DNA of 64,000 nt. It comes from Candidatus Woesearchaeota archaeon. Lineage in GTDB: Archaea; Nanobdellota; Nanobdellia; SCGC-AAA011-G17; UBA489. How positions within the stretch are numbered: position 1 is the stretch's first letter; each line of letters begins with the position of its first letter. The translations under genes and the position numbers were made by a program. A model generated the notes under the pieces. The model was given only the letters and a program-made list of their open reading frames with translations. It had not been told where the DNA came from and did not search any database. The stretch is taken from assembly GCA_016845225.1 (NCBI GenBank), contig JAERTB010000016.1, positions 13,923-77,922 of the forward strand. Reading direction: 5' to 3'. Below are positions 29,125 to 39,048 of the stretch, one piece after another.

Positions 29125-30258
29125 TTAAATTAAATAGGTCAAATACATCAATCCAGATATAACAAATGACGCTTTAACGTTCAAGAATACAGTTACAGCA
29201 CCTAAGACGATTAAACGTCCAATTCCAGTCATAAAACCTCTAAAAACAACATATTCGCTCAAATATTTTTTCTTCACAACATTATCAAAAGCAAGTGTAT
29301 TGAAAGGGACAGTAACCATTTCATGTAAAAATGAACTAATAATGGTCAATAGAGCCAATAATAATACTCCTTCAATCCACATTCTTGAAAACCAAGTCAA
29401 TGCACAAAGCACTCCCCCTATTCTTAAAATCATTCTTAATCTTCCTCTATTTTCGACAGATCCAAATAAAAATGAACCAACAATAGCAGCAAATTCAGCT
29501 ATTAAAAAAATTAATCCCATTTCTGCATACACGCCTAAAGCTGCAAACAAGAATATTGGCCAGAAAACAAATTCAACAATATTGACCCCTCCAATAGACA
29601 TCATTTTAACTGCACCTTTTTTAGAAAGTTTAGATAAATCTTTTAAGCTACATTTGAAAGGTTCATGATAATTTTTAGTAAATAAAATTGGGAAAACGCT
29701 CAACAACAACAAAATACTAGCGACAATAAACAACATTGTAAAATCAAATAAAGTAATTAAAAGTCCTCCAATAAAGGGTCCAAGCATTGCAGAAAGCAAA
29801 GTAGTTCCGCTTAAGAATCCTACTTCTTCACTTCGATGTTTCTTATCTGAAGATCTAATAAAATGTGTAACAAAAGGTATCCAATAAAATGATTCAGCTA
29901 AACCTAACAAAATTGCAAAATAATTAATACTTATTCCTAATGTAACAAAATTATACAACCCATAGTAAAATATTGCAAACATTGGAGCAGTAATTATTGC
30001 CAATCTTTTCAATCCAAATTTACTTGCGAGTTTACCTGCAAAGGGTGCAGCAAGAATATATGTTACAGTATTAACAACATAGAAAGTCAAAACATGTTGT
30101 AAATCTAATCCTTGTTCAAGCATCAAAAATAAAGGAATAAATATTCCCACCATGCTTAGTGCCAAAGTTTTAAGACTAGTTGCAGCATACATCTCCCTAA
30201 GTTCTTTATTTTTTAAAATTAGATGAGCATAATGGATGTGGTGTCTGTGATGTTGCAT
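29125..30258 (-). CDS. MFS-type transporter
   Basis: It has about 12 predicted TM helices with an MFS-like layout. The length is 377 aa. Confidence 0.55.
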   Translation of the reverse strand: MQHHRHHIHYAHLILKNKELREMYAATSLKTLALSMVGIFIPLFLMLEQGLDLQHVLTFYVVNTVTYILAAPFAGKLASKFGLKRLAIITAPMFAIFYYGLYNFVTLGISINYFAILLGLAESFYWIPFVTHFIRSSDKKHRSEEVGFLSGTTLLSAMLGPFIGGLLITLFDFTMLFIVASILLLLSVFPILFTKNYHEPFKCSLKDLSKLSKKGAVKMMSIGGVNIVEFVFWPIFLFAALGVYAEMGLIFLIAEFAAIVGSFLFGSVENRGRLRMILRIGGVLCALTWFSRMWIEGVLLLALLTIISSFLHEMVTVPFNTLAFDNVVKKKYLSEYVVFRGFMTGIGRLIVLGAVTVFLNVKASFVISGLMYLTYLI

Positions 30259-30314
30259 AGTATAATCAAAATCCTTTTCTTTTTAAACATTTTTAAATAG
30301 TTTATAAAAATCAT

Positions 30315-30575
30315 ATGCTTCAAGATATAGTCTTTTTTCTAAATATCTTTAAAAGAATACTAAGCCCTTCAAATCTAGATTATACAATGATTTCAAACAT
30401 TTTCAAATCAATTATCGGATTGTTAGTAATAGTCTTGAGTTTAATGTTATTATCTCATCAAGCATGGTATTCTGCAACACTCAGTTTAATCAAAGGTTCA
30501 GTAGTAATATTAATGATTCTTGCAGGTCTTTTATTAACATTTTTGGGTTTAAGTGAATTAAAAAACGAAATTTAG
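30315..30575 (+). CDS. Hypothetical small membrane protein
   Basis: It has two TM helices, in the intergenic slot between divergent genes. Confidence 0.3.
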   Translation: MLQDIVFFLNIFKRILSPSNLDYTMISNIFKSIIGLLVIVLSLMLLSHQAWYSATLSLIKGSVVILMILAGLLLTFLGLSELKNEI

Positions 30576-31819
30576 AAAAAATTTGTAAGTTTAGTCTGTG
30601 TTTTTAATTTTTCAAGCATAACACTTTTACTAAGTATACAATTAATATCAAATCCTAATTCTTGTTGAATAATTTCTCTACCTCTTTCAAACATTTGTTT
30701 TTTATTTTCAAAAGTAACTGGAAATGTATTCATAGTTTTTCTCATAGCTTCTCTAACAACAAAAACTCCTAATGAAGCCCAATACTCTGGAGTTTCAAAT
30801 CTCAAAACCAAAGCAGAAGATTGTTTCCTATTTTTTTTCATATTTTCAACCAAAGGCAATCTTGCAGCATAATATCCTCCAACACAGTTACTTGCATATT
30901 TTTTTCTACCATAAAAATCTTCATAATCTGTAGCCACAGATATCTCTTCGCCAGGGTTCCAAGAACTTCCAGGCAGATACAATTCAAATAATTCATAAGA
31001 AAAAACATCTGGGAATAAAAATACTAAATAATAATTTCCTAAAAAATTTCCAAAATATAATGTATGTTCTTCATTAACATTAAGGTGTTTAACATCTGAA
31101 ATAATCTTTTTACCAATTGTATCATCAACAGCAGTAATACTCCACCTAGTCGGCACTAATTTCCTATTTTTCCCAACACCCAATGCGCCTAAAGAAAGTA
31201 CCTGTGAAAGTTTTTGATCATCTACATTTTTTTTGTATAAATAATCTAATGCCTCTGCAGCACCTAAGTCAGTATCATAAAATGCTTTTTCAATAGGTTT
31301 ATTCAATTTGGGGTTTTCTGCAAGTTTTACATCTTTAAGTTCTCCACGAGATCCAAGTGGACTATTTACTTTGTCAAAACTTAAACCTAGTTTTACTTTT
31401 TTCTTAAGCTGAAATTCCATATCTACTTGTTTTTTTGCCATTCCCACTTCCTGAGCAACATCAAAGAACTTTCCTCCAGAGTTTCCTCTAGCACAATGAA
31501 CATTTCCCTTAAATCTAGAATTTATTAAATTTCCACGATATTTCAAAATATTATTTATCTCAACATTATTTTCGACCCATCTTTTATGTGAATCATAAAT
31601 TTCCACATCATCAACTCTTACAGGAGGTGCAAGAATTCCCACATTAACATTAGGATATTTCAATTTAGATCCAATAAATATTGAAGGGGGCGAATTAGAA
31701 AAGAATTCATCACTAAACACTTCCTTTGCTTTCGGTTGAGGAATGCTCTTATAAGAAGCAGTAAGGTCTTTCTTCTGATATTTAATTTTAGAGCTGTCCA
31801 GATTAAATATTCCCGCCAT
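30572..31819 (-). CDS. Conserved hypothetical protein (415 aa)
   Basis: It is a soluble protein with HCARGNSGG and a C-terminal alpha/beta region. No confident family assignment can be made from sequence alone. Confidence 0.45.
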   Translation of the reverse strand: MAGIFNLDSSKIKYQKKDLTASYKSIPQPKAKEVFSDEFFSNSPPSIFIGSKLKYPNVNVGILAPPVRVDDVEIYDSHKRWVENNVEINNILKYRGNLINSRFKGNVHCARGNSGGKFFDVAQEVGMAKKQVDMEFQLKKKVKLGLSFDKVNSPLGSRGELKDVKLAENPKLNKPIEKAFYDTDLGAAEALDYLYKKNVDDQKLSQVLSLGALGVGKNRKLVPTRWSITAVDDTIGKKIISDVKHLNVNEEHTLYFGNFLGNYYLVFLFPDVFSYELFELYLPGSSWNPGEEISVATDYEDFYGRKKYASNCVGGYYAARLPLVENMKKNRKQSSALVLRFETPEYWASLGVFVVREAMRKTMNTFPVTFENKKQMFERGREIIQQELGFDINCILSKSVMLEKLKTQTKLTNFF

Positions 31820-31918
31820 AGAAATAATTCATCGTCTTCTATTAAATATGTTATTGCCCTGGAAGGTAAGTATGGTAAGTACAGAAAACCTTTTAATTAA
31901 CCTCAAGAATCTCCTAAT

Positions 31919-32488
31919 ATGGCAATATTTTCACTAATAGAACTGGTAAGATTAATCCTAATGAGTGCAGCAATAGGTTACATTCTTATGGATTTTATTA
32001 AAAGTCCAACTACAGTTAACAACCCTTTATATCCTAAGAAAATGTTTAGTTGGGAAGATTTTAGATTTGCAACAATAGTTACTGCTCCAGGAATTGTTCT
32101 CCATGAATTAGGCCATAAATTTGTAGGACTAGCAATGGGAATTCAAACTGAATTTTTTGCATCTAAATTTGGATTATTTTTAGGAATATTTCTAAAGTGG
32201 ATTGGAAGTCCATTTATCATTTTCGCACCAGGTTATGTTTCTTTAGCTGGAACAATAACACATTTTCAAAGATTTTTAACTGCCTTTGCAGGCCCTGCAA
32301 TGAATCTTCTAATGTTTTTTGGAGCATATTTAATTTTAGATAGAAAGAGAAATCTTACAAGGAATCAAGCAATAGCATTACACCTAACAAAAAAGATAAA
32401 CTTGTTCTTATTTGCATTTAATTTAATACCTCTTCCACCATTTGATGGATATCATGTATTCTCAAGTTTATTCAAAATGATTTTTTAA
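31919..32488 (+). CDS. Membrane-embedded HExxH zinc metalloprotease (M50/S2P-like)
   Basis: A HELGH motif (VLHELGHKFVGLAMG) lies in a TM context. A second conserved region is LIPLPPFDGYHVF. The length is 189 aa. Confidence 0.55.
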   Translation: MAIFSLIELVRLILMSAAIGYILMDFIKSPTTVNNPLYPKKMFSWEDFRFATIVTAPGIVLHELGHKFVGLAMGIQTEFFASKFGLFLGIFLKWIGSPFIIFAPGYVSLAGTITHFQRFLTAFAGPAMNLLMFFGAYLILDRKRNLTRNQAIALHLTKKINLFLFAFNLIPLPPFDGYHVFSSLFKMIF

Positions 32489-32489
32489 A

Positions 32490-33350
32490 TTATTTTTTTG
32501 ATTTTAATAATTTACCAAGAAAACCTTTTTTCTTCTTAGGTTCTTTAATTGTTTTTTCTTTTTCTACTTTTTTTTTACTTGTTGCTTTCTTAGTAGTCTT
32601 CTTCGCAGTTTTCTTAGTAGTCTTCTTCGCAGCTTTCTTAGTAGTCTTCTTCGCAGCTTTCTTAGTAGTCTTCTTCGCAGCTTTCTTCACAACTTTCCCT
32701 TCCTTAAGAGCTTCTTTTTCTTTTTCTGCTTTCTTTAATGCTTTAGCTTCTGCTCTAGCTGCATCCTTTTCTTCCTTTTCCTTAGCAAGTGCCTTTTCTA
32801 GTTTTTTAGATTCTGCAGCTTTGTGTTTAGTTAGTAATTCGCTTGAAATTTTGTAATGTTCTCTATCTTTTTTTAATATTCTATTAAGTTCTCTTCTTCT
32901 CTTAGCAGCATCCTGTTCTTCTAGAATTTCTCCACAAGATTCACAAAAAAACTGGGATTCTAATGCCTCTTCTTCACTTACTTTAGTTCTACAAGGTTTA
33001 CAAACATAAAGCCTAGTATCTTCAATATGTTCTAGTTCATATTCATTTTTTTCTATACTTTTCTTCTTCATATCTTCGATAAGGCCAACTGCTTTTGGAA
33101 CATTAAATGCCCAAAAATAAATGTACCATCCTTTAACCGCATCCTTTTTTCTTGTAAATGAGACCAAATTATATTCTTGAAGCCTATAAATCATATTTCT
33201 AACTGCATTTACAGAAATTCCTAATTTTTCAGCTATTTTGAACTCAGAAACATTCTTTCTAGCTTTAAGCAATACATGTAACAATTTAACAGTATCAGAA
33301 CCAGCTATATTTTTAACAAGATCAATAATTATTTCTTCAGGAACTTTCAT
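32490..33350 (-). CDS. tfe: Transcription factor E alpha (TFE) with extended Lys-rich C-terminal tail
   Basis: An N-terminal winged helix is followed by a zinc ribbon CKPCRTKVSEEEALESQFFCESCG. The tail carries a K/E/A-rich region and (AAKKTTKK)x4. Confidence 0.7.
   Translation of the reverse strand: MKVPEEIIIDLVKNIAGSDTVKLLHVLLKARKNVSEFKIAEKLGISVNAVRNMIYRLQEYNLVSFTRKKDAVKGWYIYFWAFNVPKAVGLIEDMKKKSIEKNEYELEHIEDTRLYVCKPCRTKVSEEEALESQFFCESCGEILEEQDAAKRRRELNRILKKDREHYKISSELLTKHKAAESKKLEKALAKEKEEKDAARAEAKALKKAEKEKEALKEGKVVKKAAKKTTKKAAKKTTKKAAKKTTKKTAKKTTKKATSKKKVEKEKTIKEPKKKKGFLGKLLKSKK
32585..32680. repeat. 4 x 24-nt perfect or near-perfect tandem repeat inside the tfe tail
   Basis: The unit cttTCTTAGTAGTCTTCTTCGCAG repeats at 32585-32608, 32609-32632, 32633-32656 and 32657-32680. 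It encodes AAKKTTKK repeats on the minus strand. Confidence 0.7.
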
Positions 33351-33397
33351 CGTAGGAATTATAAAAATATGAGCCTTATTTAAATAACTTGCGCATT

Positions 33398-35053
33398 TTA
33401 ACGTCCATCAAATAAATAATTGCCCAAATCCCGTAATTTTTTCAGGTTTTCACCTTCATATATATCTTCAAGTTCCTCAAAATGAGATTTACAACATTCC
33501 ATATGGTGTTTTTTTGCTAATTCTAACTCTTTTCCTGCAAATTTTTCACTCAAACTACACAATCTCAGATTTTCTAAAATTCCCAAAATATGCCCATATT
33601 TCATAGATTTTTCAAAACTATCTACAACTCCAGAATCGAAAGCATTTTCACAATAGCTTGTTAACTGATTCTTCCTTTCTTCAAATCCTTCAAAAACATT
33701 CAAGCAAGAATAATTATCTATCAATGTAATTGGGTCCATATAGGGTAATCCAATTTTGCTTTTTTCAAAATCAATTATACAAGGAGCCCCCTTCCTATTC
33801 AAAACTATGTTTCCTGGATGCAAATCTCCATGGACAATTCCCTTCCAACAATCTCTTGAATCAATAAATAAAAAATTTAATCTTTCAACTAATGCGTCGG
33901 AATATCTTTTATCTAAATCTCTCTTAAAATTTTGCTTATCAAACAAATTCATAGCGCCACTGATGTTCTTATTAGATTTTAATTGCAATAATAATAAATT
34001 TTCAAGACTAGTCGTTATAATTTCTTTTCCTTCTTCATAATGTTTCAAATCTAAATAATCTTTCAAATTAAAATTACCTGCATTTTTAGTAATACTAAAT
34101 ATTTCTCCCTCAACATTTAGAAGTTTAAGGGGCCTAACAAATTTATTTTTTGAATCTTCAAAAAAAGAATAAATAAACTCTGTTTTTTCATAGTCTTCAA
34201 TAATTTCTTTAGGATTTTTTCCAGTTTTAAATATAAATAATCTGTTTGCCAGATCAGAGTTAGATAAATAAATTTCATTTGAGCTATTCTTTAAGGTATT
34301 CTTTTTTGTTGTTTTAACTTTTTCAATAGCCGTTCTAAATACCTCTTCAGAACCTTCTTTATTTTCATTTTCTAATATTTGTCCAAGAATACATGCACTA
34401 TTCAAAATATCTTCATCAGTATTTCCTCTTTCAATGTTTAGTCTTAACAAATTTTCAGATTCGTCTATTAGTCCCCCTACATATGCTTCTAAAGCATAGT
34501 TTAAATTTTGTGAGGGGTTTATGTTTTCAGAACCCTTTCCTCTTTTTAACCGCAATTTAGAAAATATGCTTAAAATTAATTTTTCAGCAAAATTGGGTTT
34601 TTGATTATAACTTTGTGCATAATCTAAAACTTCTACTAATTCTTCAAGACTTTCATTCTCAAAATTATTAAGTTTTAGTTTATTGATTTTTTCATCAACA
34701 GTTCCGTCTGCCAAATGATTGTTTTGCAAAAATTTAGCTTCAAGTTGGCTAAATTCTGAAAAATTTTTCATTGATGCCTGTGCCTTCCCAATTTTATATA
34801 TATCATAAATCATTTTTGGGTGGAACATTCTCAAAGTTTGTTTAAGGGGTATGCTAGAGGCAAATAATCCATAACTAGCCAACCCTCCAATAATTCCTAT
34901 CTCAAAAGATTCTGCATTTTCACCTAAAAATTTGCCCATAAATACTGCTGGAACCAATGCTCCTAGTTTTCTTAAGTTTCTTAATTTATTTTCTTTTAGA
35001 ATTGATTCTAAATTTTGTTCATATTCGTTTCTCTCTTTTTCAATAAGATCCAT
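33398..35053 (-). CDS. Phosphotransferase/kinase-like (APH/ChoK fold) protein
   Basis: A catalytic-loop-like HGDLHPGNIVL plus IIDFEKS (the DFG equivalent) sits in the C-terminal half. An N-terminal 300-aa helical domain is also present. Confidence 0.5.
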   Translation of the reverse strand: MDLIEKERNEYEQNLESILKENKLRNLRKLGALVPAVFMGKFLGENAESFEIGIIGGLASYGLFASSIPLKQTLRMFHPKMIYDIYKIGKAQASMKNFSEFSQLEAKFLQNNHLADGTVDEKINKLKLNNFENESLEELVEVLDYAQSYNQKPNFAEKLILSIFSKLRLKRGKGSENINPSQNLNYALEAYVGGLIDESENLLRLNIERGNTDEDILNSACILGQILENENKEGSEEVFRTAIEKVKTTKKNTLKNSSNEIYLSNSDLANRLFIFKTGKNPKEIIEDYEKTEFIYSFFEDSKNKFVRPLKLLNVEGEIFSITKNAGNFNLKDYLDLKHYEEGKEIITTSLENLLLLQLKSNKNISGAMNLFDKQNFKRDLDKRYSDALVERLNFLFIDSRDCWKGIVHGDLHPGNIVLNRKGAPCIIDFEKSKIGLPYMDPITLIDNYSCLNVFEGFEERKNQLTSYCENAFDSGVVDSFEKSMKYGHILGILENLRLCSLSEKFAGKELELAKKHHMECCKSHFEELEDIYEGENLKKLRDLGNYLFDGR

Positions 35054-35061
35054 GAGTATGA

Positions 35062-36300
35062 TTAAAACTTAGTTAAAACAAAAAATAATGCAGCACCAAC
35101 AACACCAACAATTAAACCAAATACAAATGGCCAAGGAGTTTCTTTGGGTTCTTCATCTTTAATTTCTTTTTCAGTTTCTTCTTCTTGTTCTTCATCAGAA
35201 TTAGCAGTTTCTAATACTTCTTCCTTCTTTTCTTCCTCTTTCTCTGTTCCATTAGGTGTTTTGTCCCACCCATCACACATTCCATCTCCATCAGAATCTA
35301 AATCACAACCATCAACTTCAACAACACATCCAGGAACATGGTCAGAAGGACAAGCATCTACATCATCATTAACTCCATCTCCATCAGAATCTAAGGGAGT
35401 ATCTACGGGTTCTTCCTTAACATCTAGTTTAAACTCAAAAATTTCTCCATGCAATCCTCCATCAATTTCTCCACTAAGTTCTAATTTAATATCATATTCG
35501 TCGACATCATAGTCGCTTAAATCCAATACGACTTTTCTGGCAACGCCAACTTCGCCACCTTTAACATCGTCGTCCCCAACAGAATAGTCTTTTTCAGCAT
35601 CATCAACATAAATTACAACTTTAACATCCTTATCATTAAATTCAAAACTATCATTGGAGAAAGTATTTTTATAACTTACAACAATATCTACATCATCTCC
35701 AACATAGGCAGTAACAGTATTTCCCTCACTTATATTATCTGCATCTTCACCATCAATTTCAACGCCAACTTCGCCACTATAAAATTCTAAATTATTCTCA
35801 ACCTGAACAGTTACAGGAATTATTTCAGAAACTCCGAACTCATCCATCAAAGTATCATTTAGTGTCAAATTCTGTGCAATCCCGCTAATATTAACTTTCC
35901 CTACATTCCATGAAACTTCGTTAAAATTTTCATCTATTGCATCCATTCCTGCAGGAATTGTTAAGGTAATTGAACTAACATTAACAGATTTATTTAATAG
36001 GTCATCGGGAATGTTTTCAACAAAGTTAGATGAAGTTATGGGATTTCCACTCAAAGAACTATTTGGATTAAATATAAAGTTAATAGTGCCAATACTATAA
36101 TTCTCATAATCATTAGTTAAAGTAAGGCTAACACTGTCACTATCTCCGTGTTCAAAAGTACTTCCTCCAAAAGTAAGGTTAGTAACATCAACACTAAAAC
36201 TAGCAACACCAAAAGAAACTAGCAACACTAAAAATAAACCAGAAAGAATCATTAATCTATTTTTCAATAAAGTCTTTCTAAGTATCATATCTTTTAACAC
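35062..36300 (-). CDS. Acidic cell-surface protein with Asp-rich Ca-binding-like repeats and C-terminal TM anchor
   Basis: It has a signal/anchor at the N-terminus, N-x-S/T sequons, DSDGDGVNDDVDACPSD and CDLDSDGDGMCDGWD (thrombospondin-type-3-like), and a C-terminal PWPFVFGLIVGVVGAALFFVLTKF. Confidence 0.5.
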   Translation of the reverse strand: MLKDMILRKTLLKNRLMILSGLFLVLLVSFGVASFSVDVTNLTFGGSTFEHGDSDSVSLTLTNDYENYSIGTINFIFNPNSSLSGNPITSSNFVENIPDDLLNKSVNVSSITLTIPAGMDAIDENFNEVSWNVGKVNISGIAQNLTLNDTLMDEFGVSEIIPVTVQVENNLEFYSGEVGVEIDGEDADNISEGNTVTAYVGDDVDIVVSYKNTFSNDSFEFNDKDVKVVIYVDDAEKDYSVGDDDVKGGEVGVARKVVLDLSDYDVDEYDIKLELSGEIDGGLHGEIFEFKLDVKEEPVDTPLDSDGDGVNDDVDACPSDHVPGCVVEVDGCDLDSDGDGMCDGWDKTPNGTEKEEEKKEEVLETANSDEEQEEETEKEIKDEEPKETPWPFVFGLIVGVVGAALFFVLTKF

Positions 36301-36373
36301 CCAAAAACCTACTTTTTAAAGTTTCCCAGTATCTACCCTAAGGTTTATAAACAATATTCAGAAACTTATAAAC

Positions 36374-38218
36374 ATGCCAATTGCAGAAAATTCTCAAACT
36401 CCAGAAATGGACAAAAAGACTAAAGAAGAGATTTTAAAGAAAGTAGAAAAGATGAAGGCAAAGGTAGAATCCTTCAAAAAGAAACTTCTAACTAAAAATA
36501 AAAAAGATGTTCTAGGAATGGCAGTATTACCTCCTGAAAGATTTGAGGATGCAGTAAACAGGTTAAAAACAGAGAATTTAGATGAGAAACAGTTAAGAAA
36601 AAGAATCGAAGAAGAAAAACAAAAAATAAACGTTCTAATCTTACTAGATGATCAAGAATTAAAATCTCCAAAAGAGAAATATAACCTAATAAAAAAAGTA
36701 GAAGAAACATCAATAAAAGTTGCAGAAACAGTTGACAAATTAATAAAACCTCAAGCAATGCTTATGTCTGAAGTAAGAGAAGCATGTTATGATGGGAAAT
36801 CGGAAGTTCTAAGATTATTAACAACTAGTGTTCATATCCATGATCCAAAAGATGTTTTAGGCGCAATTAAAGTTAGTGAAATTCACAAATCAATGGTTCT
36901 AAGAAAATTCGAAAAATATATTGTTTCCTATATTGCAGTTGGAAGCTTATTCAGAGGAGACGCATCAAGTCATGACATTGATGTAGCTGTAATTATTGAT
37001 GACACAGATGTAAAAAGAATGAGTCGTGGAGAATTAAAAGAAAAACTTTCAAGCATTATTCGTTCAATGGGATTCGAAGCAAGTGACATTGCACAAGTAA
37101 AAAAAGTATTTCACATACAAGTATATATTTTAACAGATTTCTGGGATGGAATAAGAGACGCAACTCCTGTATTCTTCACTTTCTTAAGAGATGGAATTCC
37201 TTTATACGACAGAGGGGTATTCATGCCTCAAAAATTATTATTAAACATGGGTAAAATCAAACCGAGTCCAGAAGCAATTGAAATGCACATGGATGTAGGT
37301 GGAAGATTAATTGAAAGATCAAAAGGAAAACTCTTAAGCATAGTCGCAGAAGATTTATACTATGCGGCCCTAAATCCTTCACAATCAGCACTTATGCTTC
37401 AAGGTTATCCTCCTTCAACACCAAGAGAAACAATGAGGTTAATGGATGAAATCTTTGTAAAAAAGGAAAAATTAATGACTTCTAAAGATGTTGAGGCATT
37501 AAAGAATGCATTTAAAATCTATAAAGAAATTGAACATGGAAAACTAAAAGAAATTTCTGGAAAAGAAATAGACAAATTAACAAAAGAAGTTTCAGATTAT
37601 TTTACAAAAATCAAAGTTATTGTAAAGAAATTAGAGAAGAAAGCAGTAAAAGAAACTGCAAGCAGTTTATTAGATTCAATAACAGAAGCACTAATTAATT
37701 TAATGAAATTAGAAAATCTTTCAACAAGCAAGGCAGACTTAACAAAAAACTTTGCAAAATTAGTTAGCAAGGGACATTTCAATAAAAAAGAAAAAGAATT
37801 ACTAACAAATACTTTAGAATTAACAAAGAAAGCTTCATCAAAAGAAGAACTTGAAAAATTAAGAAGAGAATCTTCACAATTACTAAGAAAGATTCAAAGA
37901 CATGCTCAAACAGAAAGAGGAAAAGAGATAGACAGAGCAAAAATCAGAGTAAAATTCGGAGATCAATTTGGAGATATTTATTTACTAGATAAAGAAATTT
38001 ACATGGTTGGAGATATTGATTCTCAAACAAAAGCAGTTTCTAAAGCAAGAATGCTTCCTTCAGGAAAATTAGGCACAGTAAAACCTTCAACTATGGAGGA
38101 GCTAGACAAGATATTAACAACAGCTAAAATCCCTCCGAGAGTATTCATCAAAGAGGCTCTCTTCGAGGATTTAAAGAAGATTTTTGGTAAAGATGTAGAA
38201 GTTTTAATCACATCTTAA
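36374..38218 (+). CDS. Pol-beta-superfamily nucleotidyltransferase-domain protein with long coiled-coil regions (614 aa)
   Basis: The minimal NTase motif is present as GSLFRGDASSHDIDVAVIIDD (hG[GS]x9-13DhD). N- and C-terminal K/E-rich coiled coils flank it. Confidence 0.5.
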   Translation: MPIAENSQTPEMDKKTKEEILKKVEKMKAKVESFKKKLLTKNKKDVLGMAVLPPERFEDAVNRLKTENLDEKQLRKRIEEEKQKINVLILLDDQELKSPKEKYNLIKKVEETSIKVAETVDKLIKPQAMLMSEVREACYDGKSEVLRLLTTSVHIHDPKDVLGAIKVSEIHKSMVLRKFEKYIVSYIAVGSLFRGDASSHDIDVAVIIDDTDVKRMSRGELKEKLSSIIRSMGFEASDIAQVKKVFHIQVYILTDFWDGIRDATPVFFTFLRDGIPLYDRGVFMPQKLLLNMGKIKPSPEAIEMHMDVGGRLIERSKGKLLSIVAEDLYYAALNPSQSALMLQGYPPSTPRETMRLMDEIFVKKEKLMTSKDVEALKNAFKIYKEIEHGKLKEISGKEIDKLTKEVSDYFTKIKVIVKKLEKKAVKETASSLLDSITEALINLMKLENLSTSKADLTKNFAKLVSKGHFNKKEKELLTNTLELTKKASSKEELEKLRRESSQLLRKIQRHAQTERGKEIDRAKIRVKFGDQFGDIYLLDKEIYMVGDIDSQTKAVSKARMLPSGKLGTVKPSTMEELDKILTTAKIPPRVFIKEALFEDLKKIFGKDVEVLITS

Positions 38219-38259
38219 GTCAAAAAGCTTAAAAACCGAAATTCTATAAAAAAGACACT

Positions 38260-38517
38260 ATGGAAGCACAAATATCCAATTTTAGGCTAGGAAGGCACAC
38301 AAAGTCCAATAATCACATGATTTTGATAGTTCCTGGCGTAGATAGCAAAGAAAAGGCAGATGCAATGAAAGACAAAGTAGTAGTCTGGAAATCAACTGCT
38401 GGTAAAGAAATTAAGGGTGTAGTGGCTTCAGCACATGGAAATAAAGGTGCAATCAGAGTTATATTTGAAACAGGAATGCCGGGTCAAGCTATTGGCACAA
38501 AAGTGGAGATTCAATAA
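38260..38517 (+). CDS. rpl35ae: Ribosomal protein L35Ae
   Basis: The 85-aa sequence with VVWKS..GK.IKG.V...HGNKGAIRV.FE.G.PGQA.G..VEI matches the L35Ae pattern. Confidence 0.85.
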   Translation: MEAQISNFRLGRHTKSNNHMILIVPGVDSKEKADAMKDKVVVWKSTAGKEIKGVVASAHGNKGAIRVIFETGMPGQAIGTKVEIQ

Positions 38518-38523
38518 TTAAAA

Positions 38524-39048
38524 ATGGCAACATTAAGAAGAGGACATTGTAGTTCCCCAGTAAAAAGGGCATACACTAGAAAAAGTAAGTATAGAAGAAA
38601 GAATTACATTAGAGCAGTTCCAACTAACAAAGTAATTAGATATGATATGGGTGAAAAATCAAAAGAATTTCCGTGTAAAGTAGAAATTAAGGTTAAAGCT
38701 CCAATTCAAATTAGACACAACGCATTAGAAAGTTGTAGACAAATTATTAACAGACACTTAGCAAAACTAATTGGAACAGATTATTATTTTAAATTAAATG
38801 TTTATCCTCATCAAGTAATTAGAGAAAACAAAATGCTTACAGGTGCAGGATCAGACCGTATGCAGACAGGAATGCAGCGTTCCTTTGGTACAGCTACAGG
38901 TGTAGCTGCTAGACTAAAAAAGAATCAAACTATTTTTTCAGTAAAAGTAAATAAAGAAAATGTTAATCATGCAAAAGCTGCATTAAAGAAAGCAACACCA
39001 AGAATGCCTGGCCAATTTTCAATTACTTCTGTCGAAATTAAAAAATAA
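38524..39048 (+). CDS. rpl10e: Ribosomal protein L10e (uL16)
   Basis: YTRKSKYRRKNYIRAVPTNKVIRYDMG and SDRMQTGMQRSFGTATGVAARL match L10e/uL16 conserved blocks. Confidence 0.85.
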   Translation: MATLRRGHCSSPVKRAYTRKSKYRRKNYIRAVPTNKVIRYDMGEKSKEFPCKVEIKVKAPIQIRHNALESCRQIINRHLAKLIGTDYYFKLNVYPHQVIRENKMLTGAGSDRMQTGMQRSFGTATGVAARLKKNQTIFSVKVNKENVNHAKAALKKATPRMPGQFSITSVEIKK

